DNA of 64,000 nucleotides. Origin: a phage. The position numbers and the translations under genes were made by a program. Under the pieces are notes generated by a model that saw nothing but the letters and a program-made list of their open reading frames with translations, was not told the origin of the DNA and did no database searches. Within the stretch, counting starts at the first letter, position 1; each line of letters starts with the position of its first letter. Positions 38,156 through 47,173 of the stretch are shown piece after piece. The stretch is from the sequence record OZ335958.1; one strand, given 5' to 3'.

Positions 38156-38517
38156 TACAAGCTCTCAGTAAAGGTACGAGCGATAACGTCGCGCTGCTGT
38201 TCCGGAGTCAGAGAGTTAAAGCGAACTGCATAACCGGATACACGGATGGTCAGCTGCGGATATTTTTCCGGATGCTTAACTGCATCTTCCAGAGTTTCAC
38301 GACGCAGAACGTTAACGTTCAGGTGTTGACCACCCTCAATTTTAACTGTAGGTTGTGTTTCAATTTCAATTTCACGGGCATGCAAACCATAGAAAATTTC
38401 TGGGTCTACAAAAGAGTCCTCTTTAAAGGTTTTAGAGACAATAATTCGTGCTTGAATACCATCTTCAAAATAAATAGTACCTCTATGTGTGCCTTCAAGA
38501 ATTTGATATGCTTTCAT
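38155..38517 (-). CDS. autonomous glycyl-radical cofactor-like protein (GrcA/YfiD-like)
   Basis: 120 aa; C-terminus [29 protein letters not shown] matches the glycyl-radical motif; 3 prime half has higher GC than surroundings. Confidence 0.6.
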   Translation of the reverse strand: MKAYQILEGTHRGTIYFEDGIQARIIVSKTFKEDSFVDPEIFYGLHAREIEIETQPTVKIEGGQHLNVNVLRRETLEDAVKHPEKYPQLTIRVSGYAVRFNSLTPEQQRDVIARTFTESL

Positions 38518-38523
38518 ATAACC

Positions 38524-38904
38524 TCAATTAGAAAATAAATTTATCCAAGATTGTTCTTTAATTAAAAATGGCTCAGAATCATATGCCATTAAACTTTGTG
38601 TGATTAGTCCTTTAAAAGGCCCATCAATAAATTCCATAGTAAAATATGGAATTTTATTCATTAGTCGTGCATTAGGAGCAGTGCACAAAACTCTGCATCC
38701 TTTGAATACGCCTTTTTGTAATTTGTACTGCTTAGGATAAAATTCGCTCAAGACGTTATTATTTGCCAAAATTTCAAAATGATTCACCAACTTATTTTTA
38801 ATAGTTTTTGGTGAAAAATAAAGATATTCGAAAAGCTGTGTGTCTGTCATCATTGCATTCCAATCACAAAAAATTGAGGACGAGTAATACCGCCAATGCA
38901 GCAT
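38524..38904 (-). CDS. hypothetical protein
   Basis: 126-aa ORF. Confidence 0.4.
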   Translation of the reverse strand: MLHWRYYSSSIFCDWNAMMTDTQLFEYLYFSPKTIKNKLVNHFEILANNNVLSEFYPKQYKLQKGVFKGCRVLCTAPNARLMNKIPYFTMEFIDGPFKGLITQSLMAYDSEPFLIKEQSWINLFSN

Positions 38905-39437
38905 TTACTGTTGCAGCAGTGTTGCACAGTTTCAATATGAATATCATAAATTTTATCCATATCAGGAGATTTAACAGGCTCATCGATTATATACAAGATT
39001 CGAGAAAGCGATAAACCTCTGAACTTGCTACCTCTATTACCAATAAAACTACGGACAGAATCGGTAAATAAGCGGAATCGGATATCATCGCTAGAATAAC
39101 GAGAAAATTCTTTTTTAATGTGGCCTGCAGAAATTTTAGCGTAAGCTGAAGTGTTAGAAAGAACAATAACTGTTCCACCATCATACAGCCAATTAGCAGC
39201 AAAATTAGTCACAGCAGTTGATTTACCGGATTGACGTCCACCATCTAGTCGAAGTGTACAATACTGTTTGAGCAAGTCTTCAAATGGTAGGATATAATCG
39301 TTTTTACAAATTTCTTCTACTCTAGCATCAGAATGGTGTGTAAAAGCATTCATCAGGGATAGATAAGGACCAGTTAAAAATGTTCTCATTTTATTCTCTC
39401 TAAATTTGGGCCATTCCATGGCGCGTGAATTGTCCAT
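38850..39437 (-). CDS. P-loop NTPase-like protein
   Basis: Walker A-like GGRQSGKST; start uncertain (55-nt overlap with downstream ORF). Confidence 0.4.
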   Translation of the reverse strand: MDNSRAMEWPKFRENKMRTFLTGPYLSLMNAFTHHSDARVEEICKNDYILPFEDLLKQYCTLRLDGGRQSGKSTAVTNFAANWLYDGGTVIVLSNTSAYAKISAGHIKKEFSRYSSDDIRFRLFTDSVRSFIGNRGSKFRGLSLSRILYIIDEPVKSPDMDKIYDIHIETVQHCCNSKCCIGGITRPQFFVIGMQ

Positions 39438-39542
39438 TTCTGTATTTACCCATTACCGCACTTGGGCTCGACCTTATTACAGGTTGGCGGGAATCCCTCA
39501 TAGAATCATGAAGTCCAGCTTGTTCCCATATTTCTTATTTGC

Positions 39543-40016
39543 TTATTTGAATGATTTGACGTACTGAATAGAGCCTTTGCTATTCACGAAAGCGATTTTA
39601 CCATTTTTGTTATACATGGTAGCAGTACGCTGATAGCCATAAGTTTGCTTACCAGATTGATAACCAACTAGTGCGAAATTATCTTCACCCATTTTATTCT
39701 GCTTAGCGCGGATACGTTCATGACCGTGCGCCATAAGAACCTTAGCATCACCAGTTGCAATGGATCTACGAGTTTTTTCATCTTCAACTGTATTAACAAA
39801 GTCGTCAAATGAATCAAATTTAGCATGAGATTTATTATACAGTTTTCCATCTACTGCATAATTATATCCCTGTACATCCATCTCAACTTCTGTACCATCA
39901 TCTAATACAGCAGTGATTTTTTGACCTTTTTTAAATTTCAAAAGATCAGTAAAAGATTCAGCAATAATTTGAGAATTAATAGCTGCTTCAGTGATAAATT
40001 CTTGATATGTTTTCAT
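39543..40016 (-). CDS. internal-protein-like capsid-targeted protein
   Basis: 157 aa; N-terminus MKTYQEFITEA matches the T4 internal protein capsid targeting sequence; body unlike IPI/II/III. Confidence 0.55.
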   Translation of the reverse strand: MKTYQEFITEAAINSQIIAESFTDLLKFKKGQKITAVLDDGTEVEMDVQGYNYAVDGKLYNKSHAKFDSFDDFVNTVEDEKTRRSIATGDAKVLMAHGHERIRAKQNKMGEDNFALVGYQSGKQTYGYQRTATMYNKNGKIAFVNSKGSIQYVKSFK

Positions 40017-40025
40017 GTGTTTCCT

Positions 40026-40442
40026 TTAAATGTAAATATTTTTGCCGTAGTATTTATACCAGTGTGGCTTCATTAAAATTTTTTCATCGAGTCGTTGTTG
40101 ACTCAATTTAATAGCCGATTTGCATTGGTTATAATCATTTTTCCATTCTGCTGGAATATCGCTGATGTCAGGAACTTCAGTATCTTTTATACTAAACCCA
40201 CGTTTTAAGCATTCCGCTATAATGTCTGATTGACGCTTTCGCAAAAATTCTAACTTATCATAAAAGAACGTAACATGACCAGAACCTAAAATAAACTCGG
40301 AAGATATTTTAAAATCTTTAACCCGCTTACCATTTGCCACATGTTTACGAACTATACCAAAAACACGTGGCAATTCACGGTATTCTGCGATTAAATGTTG
40401 ATCAGCAAGTTCAGATACTAAAGTCAAATTAATACGAGTCAT
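40026..40442 (-). CDS. denV: endonuclease V (pyrimidine dimer DNA glycosylase)
   Basis: 138-aa [31 protein letters not shown] recognised as T4 DenV. Confidence 0.85.
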   Translation of the reverse strand: MTRINLTLVSELADQHLIAEYRELPRVFGIVRKHVANGKRVKDFKISSEFILGSGHVTFFYDKLEFLRKRQSDIIAECLKRGFSIKDTEVPDISDIPAEWKNDYNQCKSAIKLSQQRLDEKILMKPHWYKYYGKNIYI

Positions 40443-40450
40443 TTTATCCC

Positions 40451-40496
40451 TCCTAGAATTGTGAATATACTATCACAATTCTAGGAGAAAGTAAAC
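40451..40496 (-). promoter_or_regulatory. early-type promoter embedded in a 14-bp perfect inverted repeat that includes the denV Shine-Dalgarno
   Basis: Arms TCCTAGAATTGTGA (40451..40464) and TCACAATTCTAGGA (40473..40486) flank the -10 region; GTTTAC at 40496..40491. Confidence 0.5.
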
Positions 40497-40500
40497 AACT

Positions 40501-41031
<531 letters not shown>

Positions 41032-41487
41032 TTAAAAGAGGCTGTTCATTATTCGGTAAAGTGAAGGACCCATCACATATTGCCACTGAGTACGAGGAAT
41101 AAGAGCAAAAGCATCCATCTCTGGAATCATAACGCCATCTTTATTTTCAAAATAAGACTCGCAATGGCAATTTCTAAACATCTCATGCTCTACTGGAATC
41201 GTATAATAAAATAACTGTAAGTCTTTATTACTAGAATATTTAAATACACCTAAGTCTTCTAGAAGGTCTGGATTATAATCGATAAAACCAGTCTCTTCTG
41301 AGCATTCTCTTTTTGCAGCTTCCAGTGCATTCAAATCAGAACTTTCTACACGCCCCTTTGGAATATCCCAGCGATGTGCCATCATTCCAGGTTTACGAGA
41401 ACCGGTAACTCGTCCCATAAATAAATCTTTATCTTCTGTCATAAAGATAATACCAGCTGATAATGTTTTCATTTTAATTTCCTGCAT
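41032..41487 (-). CDS. nudE: Nudix hydrolase
   Basis: 151 aa; Nudix box GRVESSDLNALEAAKRECSEETG. Confidence 0.8.
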   Translation of the reverse strand: MQEIKMKTLSAGIIFMTEDKDLFMGRVTGSRKPGMMAHRWDIPKGRVESSDLNALEAAKRECSEETGFIDYNPDLLEDLGVFKYSSNKDLQLFYYTIPVEHEMFRNCHCESYFENKDGVMIPEMDAFALIPRTQWQYVMGPSLYRIMNSLF

Positions 41488-41957
41488 TCAGTGATAAAAT
41501 TATTTAAATTTTGAGCATATTTCTTTTCATCAAAAATCTTTTGTTGTCTGCGCATCCGCCATGGCATTTCAATGAACATGTACCATATTCCTGATAATAT
41601 TGATGCTGTAAAAATATTAACAAGTATAATTAAAAGAATCCAATCTCCCGTTCTGCCTACTGGACTTTCTCCAAAGAAGCAAAATACAAATGATGTCACA
41701 GGAAAACTAATAATATACCACAGAATCATAATCTTATCTGTGAACCAATCAGCGTTCGTTAATTTAGCGCGACCGTTTCGAATACACACGAATTTATCAT
41801 CTGTCGCAGTAGATGGCTTAGCTGCTTGATATCCCATTCTAAACTCCCTAATTAATCGTTTCTTTGTATCTTCAGAACAGCCGCTCCAGTCAACTCTATC
41901 AACTGAAATGCCATCGTCCCCATCATCTAAATCATACCAGCGAGTTTTTAAAATCAT
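41469..41957 (-). CDS. membrane protein
   Basis: 162 aa with two central hydrophobic helices. Confidence 0.4.
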   Translation of the reverse strand: MILKTRWYDLDDGDDGISVDRVDWSGCSEDTKKRLIREFRMGYQAAKPSTATDDKFVCIRNGRAKLTNADWFTDKIMILWYIISFPVTSFVFCFFGESPVGRTGDWILLIILVNIFTASILSGIWYMFIEMPWRMRRQQKIFDEKKYAQNLNNFITECRKLK

Positions 41958-42316
41958 TTAATTTTCCTACAATCACTCACAAACTCTTCCATTGATTCTT
42001 TTTCAATATAAGACATATAGCTATTATATTCCTTTAATTGTATTTTGTAATCCTTTTTTCTTTGCCAATTTATTTTAAAATTATCATAATGAAAATATAA
42101 CATGGTACCAAAGAATGAAAATAATGAAATCGCTATAGTAAAACGAAGTTCACTCCAAACCTCTATTATAATTACTGTGCCGTCGATGTTTAAAATAAAA
42201 CAGTCAATTAACAATCCAATAAGACTACCCGCAAGAGCTGCAAATACTGATACAGCAAGAATTAATAGTGCCTCAGGAAACGAATATTTGACTTTATTTA
42301 GTTTTGGCTTTTGCAT
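41954..42316 (-). CDS. membrane protein
   Basis: 120 aa with two hydrophobic helices. Confidence 0.4.
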   Translation of the reverse strand: MQKPKLNKVKYSFPEALLILAVSVFAALAGSLIGLLIDCFILNIDGTVIIIEVWSELRFTIAISLFSFFGTMLYFHYDNFKINWQRKKDYKIQLKEYNSYMSYIEKESMEEFVSDCRKIK

Positions 42317-42711
42317 CGTGATTCCTTAACAAATTTCATAATTTCATCAAATTCATACATATCTAGCTTAAGCTGGTGTTCCTTTTTAATCTTTTTACAC
42401 TGAGCTTTCCAATCACGTACACGTTTACGATAATGTCTTCCTTGATACCAGTATCCTACCCAATTTACAGGTACTAATAAAAGCGGAACTACCAATGGAA
42501 GAATTAGTGTTGCTCCAAATATTACACCAGATTCAATATCAGTCATAACGTCTATAACCATTCCAGCAATCACCAAAATCACAAATGATACAGCTACCAC
42601 AGGACCTATTAACACATCAGTAGAAATTAGCTGACGCTTTGGTTCATACTTCACAGGTTTACTTGGAAGGTATAGTGATGGCTTTGACATATTCTCTACA
42701 TTCCTTAACAA
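42298..42711 (-). CDS. membrane protein
   Basis: 137 aa with two hydrophobic helices. Confidence 0.4.
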   Translation of the reverse strand: MLRNVENMSKPSLYLPSKPVKYEPKRQLISTDVLIGPVVAVSFVILVIAGMVIDVMTDIESGVIFGATLILPLVVPLLLVPVNWVGYWYQGRHYRKRVRDWKAQCKKIKKEHQLKLDMYEFDEIMKFVKESRCKSQN

Positions 42712-43273
42712 ATTTTTCTAATAATAAATCACTTTCAAAATTGGGATTTTCTACGAATTTATCAAAAAGATCATCAACAATAGTTAAGATATTCTTTTTA
42801 CTAAGAATACGCTTATTTTCATATTTTGTTTCAGAGTCAACTATAAGAGTAAAGAAATATTTCTTTCCCTGAAATTTTACCGTAGTATCAATATAAAATA
42901 AATTTGATTTTTGTAAATTACGTTTAAACCATGCATCACTTAAACTATAAACGCCAAGATAATCATAATCGTCGTTTAAATAACAAACCGTCCATTCAGG
43001 AGAAATGAAATCAGTAAATTCAACATCAAAATCACACGTCAATGAATGAATTGATTCAATACTGTTAATGAGTATTCCAGGACGTATTAAAGACTTTTTA
43101 CCTCTAGAAAATCTTCCGGAAAGGCTTTCATCAGTTTCATATGAAGACCCCCAATAGTAATTACGTCCTTCTGCCATGCGTTTAAGAGCATTTAGTAATT
43201 GGTCTGGAACATCAACCTGTCTTTGGAACTCTTCAAACATTGAATTGAAATCACTTTGCATTTTCATTTTCAT
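42659..43273 (-). CDS. hypothetical protein
   Basis: 204-aa ORF; start uncertain. Confidence 0.4.
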   Translation of the reverse strand: MKMKMQSDFNSMFEEFQRQVDVPDQLLNALKRMAEGRNYYWGSSYETDESLSGRFSRGKKSLIRPGILINSIESIHSLTCDFDVEFTDFISPEWTVCYLNDDYDYLGVYSLSDAWFKRNLQKSNLFYIDTTVKFQGKKYFFTLIVDSETKYENKRILSKKNILTIVDDLFDKFVENPNFESDLLLEKFVKECREYVKAITIPSK

Positions 43274-43292
43274 TCCTATTTACTCCAAGTAT

Positions 43293-43310
43293 AAGGGGCC
43301 GAAGCCCCTT
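43293..43310 (-). other. intercistronic UUCG-tetraloop RNA hairpin
   Basis: Minus-strand AAGGGGC-UUCG-GCCCCUU, no U-tract. Confidence 0.45.
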
Positions 43311-43314
43311 ATCA

Positions 43315-43908
43315 TTATTTCAGAGAATTAATGTATTCCTGAACATCGGCAGAGGTAGTTTCAACCCCAGAAATATTACCATTAAAGGTTTCAACTCGAG
43401 CAAGGGTATCTTCAATATCAACCTTAGTCAGTGCTGCAATTTCAACTACATCATCGGCAGTACTAATTCCAAGGGCATTTGCCGCACGAGTTTCACGGAT
43501 ATATTCCAATTTAACTGCAAGCTCTTGACGAGCATCATCTAACTCAACTACTTTCTTGGCGATTTCAATTCGCATTTCAGCATAACCGTCAGCCTTAGTA
43601 GTCAACTGCTCAGCTGTTCGACGATATAGTAAACCGAGTTTAGCATGCATTGTTACATCTTGGCCTTCGGAAAGAAGTTTACGAATTTCACGCTCTTTTG
43701 ATTCGGCCTGTCGATTCTTTTCGATAACAAGTTCACGAATACGTTTTTCTTCGTTAATAGATTTAACAGAAGCAGTTTTTAGATCTTTAATTTTATCAAG
43801 TAGTTTTGCTGCTGCAGCAGTATACTGTTCTTCGACAGATAGATTTTTAGCCATAGCAGAACCAAGTTTAGTGCGAATAAACTCAACAATTTTCTTCAGT
43901 GTGTTCAT
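43315..43908 (-). CDS. coiled-coil protein with PspA/IM30-like character
   Basis: 197 aa, largely helical, charged heptad-rich. Confidence 0.4.
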   Translation of the reverse strand: MNTLKKIVEFIRTKLGSAMAKNLSVEEQYTAAAAKLLDKIKDLKTASVKSINEEKRIRELVIEKNRQAESKEREIRKLLSEGQDVTMHAKLGLLYRRTAEQLTTKADGYAEMRIEIAKKVVELDDARQELAVKLEYIRETRAANALGISTADDVVEIAALTKVDIEDTLARVETFNGNISGVETTSADVQEYINSLK

Positions 43909-44012
43909 AGTATTTCCTTAGGTTGATTAAGATTTAAAATCCGTAAAAGTAGTATTATACTCTATCATCAAGTTACAGGCTCATAATATCTCAATCATGA
44001 GCCTATGTAAAC

Positions 44013-44276
44013 TTATTTCATATTATTGAAATATTCTTCTGCGATTTCGTCGTTATCGTGGTAAACTTTAGAAGACAGTTTAACATAACCTTCTGCTGTG
44101 AACATATTAATCACAACCTTTACAGTATACCACTGTCCGTCTTCATTACCCATTACTGCGTAAGTTTCAAACATCGGATGGTCAGGACCGATAACTTTAA
44201 TATCATTCACTGTACGACCGAAATCTTCTGAAACGCATTTCATAAAGAAGTTGAACAGTTCGCCGTAATTATCCAT
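44013..44276 (-). CDS. hypothetical protein
   Basis: ATG at 44276 with GGAG RBS (87 aa); track start 44330 lies inside the promoter. Confidence 0.4.
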   Translation of the reverse strand: MDNYGELFNFFMKCVSEDFGRTVNDIKVIGPDHPMFETYAVMGNEDGQWYTVKVVINMFTAEGYVKLSSKVYHDNDEIAEEYFNNMK

Positions 44277-44320
44277 TTCATTCTCCAAGTTGTTTTTCTG
44301 TATCAGTAGTTGATAGTTGT

Positions 44321-44350
44321 ATAGTACCATGGAAGAACAGGGATGTAAAC
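44321..44350 (-). promoter_or_regulatory. T4 early-type promoter
   Basis: Minus-strand GTTTAC (44350..44345), 18 bp, TACTAT (44326..44321). Confidence 0.5.
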
Positions 44351-44482
44351 CGTTTTGTGAAAAAATTTTTAAAAAGTTTTATGGAATTCTGGGGCAGGGA
44401 GGGGCAATTAAAAGGTAGGATAATATATTATAAAGGGTATAAACTAAATGATGCCTAGAGAGGCCCGGAAAGGCCTAGATAC

Positions 44483-44511
44483 CAAAAAGCCCCAACCTTT
44501 TGGTCGGGGTT
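44483..44511 (-). terminator. rho-independent terminator
   Basis: Minus-strand CCCCGACC-AAAA-GGUUGGGG followed by CUUUUU, just after ORF 44519..44992. Confidence 0.55.
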
Positions 44512-44518
44512 AAGAATG

Positions 44519-44992
44519 TTATTTGATTTGTTTAGCAGACCAAATGCGGTCTTTAATAATTTTTTGAATGTCTTCAACATACTCAAGAGAGTGAACGTGT
44601 GGATTATCTTTGAAACTATAAGCACGGGCTAACTTTTGGCCTTCGGTTTTGATTACTAAAAGCTCTTTAAGGATAGCTTCATATTTAGCGATAATTCCTT
44701 TAACGATATTTTTTTCTTGTGCCGCTTTAGGATCTGCTTTAGGAGCAGGTTTACCCGAAGGCTTTGCAAAAGCAGCTCCAGTAGCAACTAAACTTTTCCA
44801 GGCCATACTAACTGCATTTCCCGTAAATCCTTCTGCTTTCATGTCGCGAGCAAATTGGAATCGTGATTCGTCAGAAGCATCTTTATAGGAATATTTACCC
44901 GCTGCAATGGCTGCTTTTGCGACAGCTTGAATTTCGGTGCTAGATGCTTCATTTAACACCGCTTCATTTAAAAATTGAGCATATGATTTCAT
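44519..44992 (-). CDS. internal-protein-like capsid-targeted protein
   Basis: 157 aa; N-terminus MKSYAQFLNEA resembles the internal protein targeting sequence; Ala/Lys-rich; own late promoter. Confidence 0.5.
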   Translation of the reverse strand: MKSYAQFLNEAVLNEASSTEIQAVAKAAIAAGKYSYKDASDESRFQFARDMKAEGFTGNAVSMAWKSLVATGAAFAKPSGKPAPKADPKAAQEKNIVKGIIAKYEAILKELLVIKTEGQKLARAYSFKDNPHVHSLEYVEDIQKIIKDRIWSAKQIK

Positions 44993-45032
44993 CTTATTTC
45001 CTGTTTTAATTCGTGGATTTAATATACTACTA

Positions 45033-45040
45033 TATTTATA
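45033..45040 (-). promoter_or_regulatory. late promoter TATAAATA
   Basis: Minus-strand TATAAATA about 40 nt upstream of the 44992 start codon. Confidence 0.5.
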
Positions 45041-45070
45041 CTAAAAAGCCCCAACCTTTCGGTCGGGGCT
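45041..45070 (-). terminator. rho-independent terminator at end of stable-RNA region
   Basis: Minus-strand AGCCCCGACC-GAAA-GGUUGGGGCU followed by UUUUUAG. Confidence 0.55.
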
Positions 45071-45376
45071 AAGCCTTGCGGCAACCTTGTCGGGGTTCCA
45101 CCTGCTAAGGCAAGTGTTTGTACGAAACGCCGGGATTCGAACCCGGTTATTAAGTAGTTGACGCTACTCAATATTTTTAAAAGGCCATATCTCGACCATA
45201 TCCGAACGTTCCGTCAAAAACGCTACTCGGCTTACGGCAAAGATATTTCCTCGAATCGATAATTCGGTGCGCCGTTTCAGCTGTGATAGTAAAGAACCAG
45301 AACACAGTAAAACTGTGGGAGGAACTATACTCCAGGGAACATCAGTCCGACGACTTACCGGTAACGACCCGGTTTC
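45071..45376 (-). ncRNA. candidate stable small RNA(s) of the tRNA region (T4 species 1/2-like)
   Basis: No protein ORF; tRNA T-arm-like CGGGUUCGAAUCCCG on minus strand; bounded by terminator; T4 has stable RNAs next to tRNA-Arg. Confidence 0.4.
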
Positions 45377-45727
45377 TTAATATTCTTTTAAAGTATCAAT
45401 CTGTTCACGACGTTTACGCCATAAATCAATTGCTTCATACGCAGATTCAGCATTTCTAATTAGTCGGCATTTGTGTAAAGACTTATGATTTTGATATTGT
45501 GTAGATAACGGAATTTTATCTAAAAGGTCTTTACGTTCAAAGTATTCATAACCATCTAAGCCAAATGAACGATTTTTAAGAAATTGCCAATGACCGTATT
45601 CGTTTTCGACATAAACATAATCTGCGTGCTGATAAAGCAAATTAATTACACGTTCAGAAATAACAGTGTCATTATGATTAAAATAGAATGTTAAATCATG
45701 AACTACTAAATAAACATTACCTTTCAT
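45377..45727 (-). CDS. hypothetical protein embedded in the tRNA/stable-RNA cluster
   Basis: 116-aa ORF with protein-like composition between tRNA-Arg and the RNA region. Confidence 0.45.
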   Translation of the reverse strand: MKGNVYLVVHDLTFYFNHNDTVISERVINLLYQHADYVYVENEYGHWQFLKNRSFGLDGYEYFERKDLLDKIPLSTQYQNHKSLHKCRLIRNAESAYEAIDLWRKRREQIDTLKEY

Positions 45728-45743
45728 ATTTTCCTCACTTAAT

Positions 45744-45820
45744 TGGTCGAGGCAGTAGGGATCGAACCTACGACCCAGGACTTAGAAGGTCCTTGCTCTT
45801 CCTTCTGAGCTATGCCTCGG
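45744..45820 (-). tRNA. tRNA-Arg (anticodon UCU)
   Basis: Cloverleaf folded by hand; anticodon loop CUUCUAA; CCA encoded. Confidence 0.8.
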
Positions 45821-45823
45821 ATT

Positions 45824-45898
45824 TGGCGGACGTGATAGGATTCGAACCTATAACCAATCGCTTAACAGGCGATCGCTCTGCCATTGAGCTACACATCC
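45824..45898 (-). tRNA. tRNA-Asn (anticodon GUU)
   Basis: Cloverleaf folded by hand; anticodon stem AUCGC/GCGAU, loop CUGUUAA; T-loop UUCGAAU; CCA encoded. Confidence 0.65.
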
Positions 45899-45903
45899 AA
45901 ATT

Positions 45904-45989
45904 GGTGGGGAGTGATGGAGTCGAACCACCCGAGTCGCAATGACAATGGATTTACAGTCCACACCGCTACCTCTACGGGATAACTCCCC
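45904..45989 (-). tRNA. tRNA-Tyr (anticodon GUA), type II
   Basis: 86 nt; anticodon loop CUGUAAA; long variable arm; CCA encoded. Confidence 0.65.
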
Positions 45990-45997
45990 AAATTAAT

Positions 45998-46073
45998 TTG
46001 GTGGCCCTGGGTGGAATTGAACCACCATCTGGCGATTATGAGTCGCTTGCTTGAACCTTCCAGCTACAGGGCC
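45998..46073 (-). tRNA. tRNA with CAU anticodon (Ile2-type or Met)
   Basis: Anticodon loop CUCAUAA; T-arm GGUGG-UUCAAUU-CCACC; CCA encoded. Confidence 0.65.
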
Positions 46074-46074
46074 T

Positions 46075-46150
46075 TGGTGCTGATTGACGGAATCGAACCG
46101 CCGACCTTCTCATTACAAGTGAGTTGCTCTACCTACTGAGCTAAATCAGC
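46075..46150 (-). tRNA. tRNA-Thr (anticodon UGU)
   Basis: Anticodon loop CUUGUAA; 1 nt from the preceding tRNA. Confidence 0.75.
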
Positions 46151-46155
46151 AAAAC

Positions 46156-46245
46156 TGGCGGAGGCGATAGGATTTGAACCTATGAGTCGCCGGAGCGACT
46201 GCCGGTTTTCAAGACCGGTGCATTAAACCACTCTGCCACGCCTCC
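46156..46245 (-). tRNA. tRNA-Ser (anticodon UGA), type II
   Basis: 90 nt; anticodon loop CUUGAAA; sequence recognised as T4 tRNA-Ser. Confidence 0.85.
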
Positions 46246-46247
46246 AG

Positions 46248-46321
46248 TCTCCATACAAGGATTTGAACCTTGGACCTCCTGATCCCAAATCAGGCGCTCT
46301 ACCAAACTGAGCTACACGGAG
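46248..46321 (-). tRNA. tRNA-Pro (anticodon UGG), CCA not encoded
   Basis: Anticodon loop UUUGGGA; 2 nt upstream of tRNA-Ser (dimeric precursor arrangement). Confidence 0.75.
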
Positions 46322-46331
46322 TAAATTAAAT

Positions 46332-46405
<74 letters not shown>

Positions 46406-46410
46406 AAATT

Positions 46411-46497
46411 TGGTGCGAGAAGTGGGACTCGAACCCACAAGGAAATCATTCCGCAGCATTTTAAGTGCTGTGCCTTTACCAATTTGACCATTCTCGC
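46411..46497 (-). tRNA. tRNA-Leu (anticodon UAA), type II
   Basis: 87 nt; anticodon loop CUUAAAA; long variable arm. Confidence 0.8.
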
Positions 46498-46498
46498 G

Positions 46499-46571
46499 CT
46501 GGGAATAAAGGACTCGAACCTTTGCATCCTGGAATCAAAATCCAGTGCCTTACCAACTTGGCTAATTCCCA
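46499..46571 (-). tRNA. tRNA-Gln (anticodon UUG), CCA not encoded
   Basis: U1-A72 acceptor pair, anticodon loop UUUUGAU; 1 nt from tRNA-Leu (Gln-Leu dimer). Confidence 0.75.
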
Positions 46572-46657
46572 ATTATTAACAAAGGCTCTTAAGCAAGAAC
46601 CCTTGATGATAGAGGGTATTAATCAGTGCGATATGAGTTAATAATAACAAATAATTC

Positions 46658-47173
46658 TTAAAGCAAATTAAACATTTTAACGGTCGGCAAAACAATTTCT
46701 TCTTCTATATAAGAGTATTTAACACTCTCAACTACACGCAAAAAATCATAATCATAATACTCAGAAGCATTACCTAAAATATTAATAAGTCCTTCAAGCA
46801 CTTTATTACCATTCACAAAAAATAAGTCAAATACACGTTCTTCATCTTCTTCAGATTTATTACCAAGATCAACTTCTATGCGAAAGACCTTTTTAATGAA
46901 TTCTGGATAAAGCTGGTCTGAGAACAGTCCTTCAACCAAGTATTCATAAATAAAAAGAGATTGCTCGCTGAACAAACCATTACCGCAATAGCGCTCAATT
47001 TTAGTACTAGAATATCTGCTTTTAAATTTCTTTAAAAGATACTGAAATTGTAAGATTTCATGCTCTTCTACGCCAAACAGTGTTTTAGTTTTATAGTTGT
47101 CACCATCATTTTCCCAGGTAGTGACATCAATTACGTAGCCCTGCGGAATTGTAGTACCTAAACAAATATTCAT
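46658..47173 (-). CDS. hypothetical protein
   Basis: 171-aa ORF. Confidence 0.45.
   Translation of the reverse strand: MNICLGTTIPQGYVIDVTTWENDGDNYKTKTLFGVEEHEILQFQYLLKKFKSRYSSTKIERYCGNGLFSEQSLFIYEYLVEGLFSDQLYPEFIKKVFRIEVDLGNKSEEDEERVFDLFFVNGNKVLEGLINILGNASEYYDYDFLRVVESVKYSYIEEEIVLPTVKMFNLL

Noticed and set aside
46572-46597. MotA-box-like TGCTTA plus TAATAA immediately upstream of tRNA-Gln
   Set aside because: The spacing would put the transcription start inside the mature tRNA-Gln, so it is probably a chance match in AT-rich DNA.
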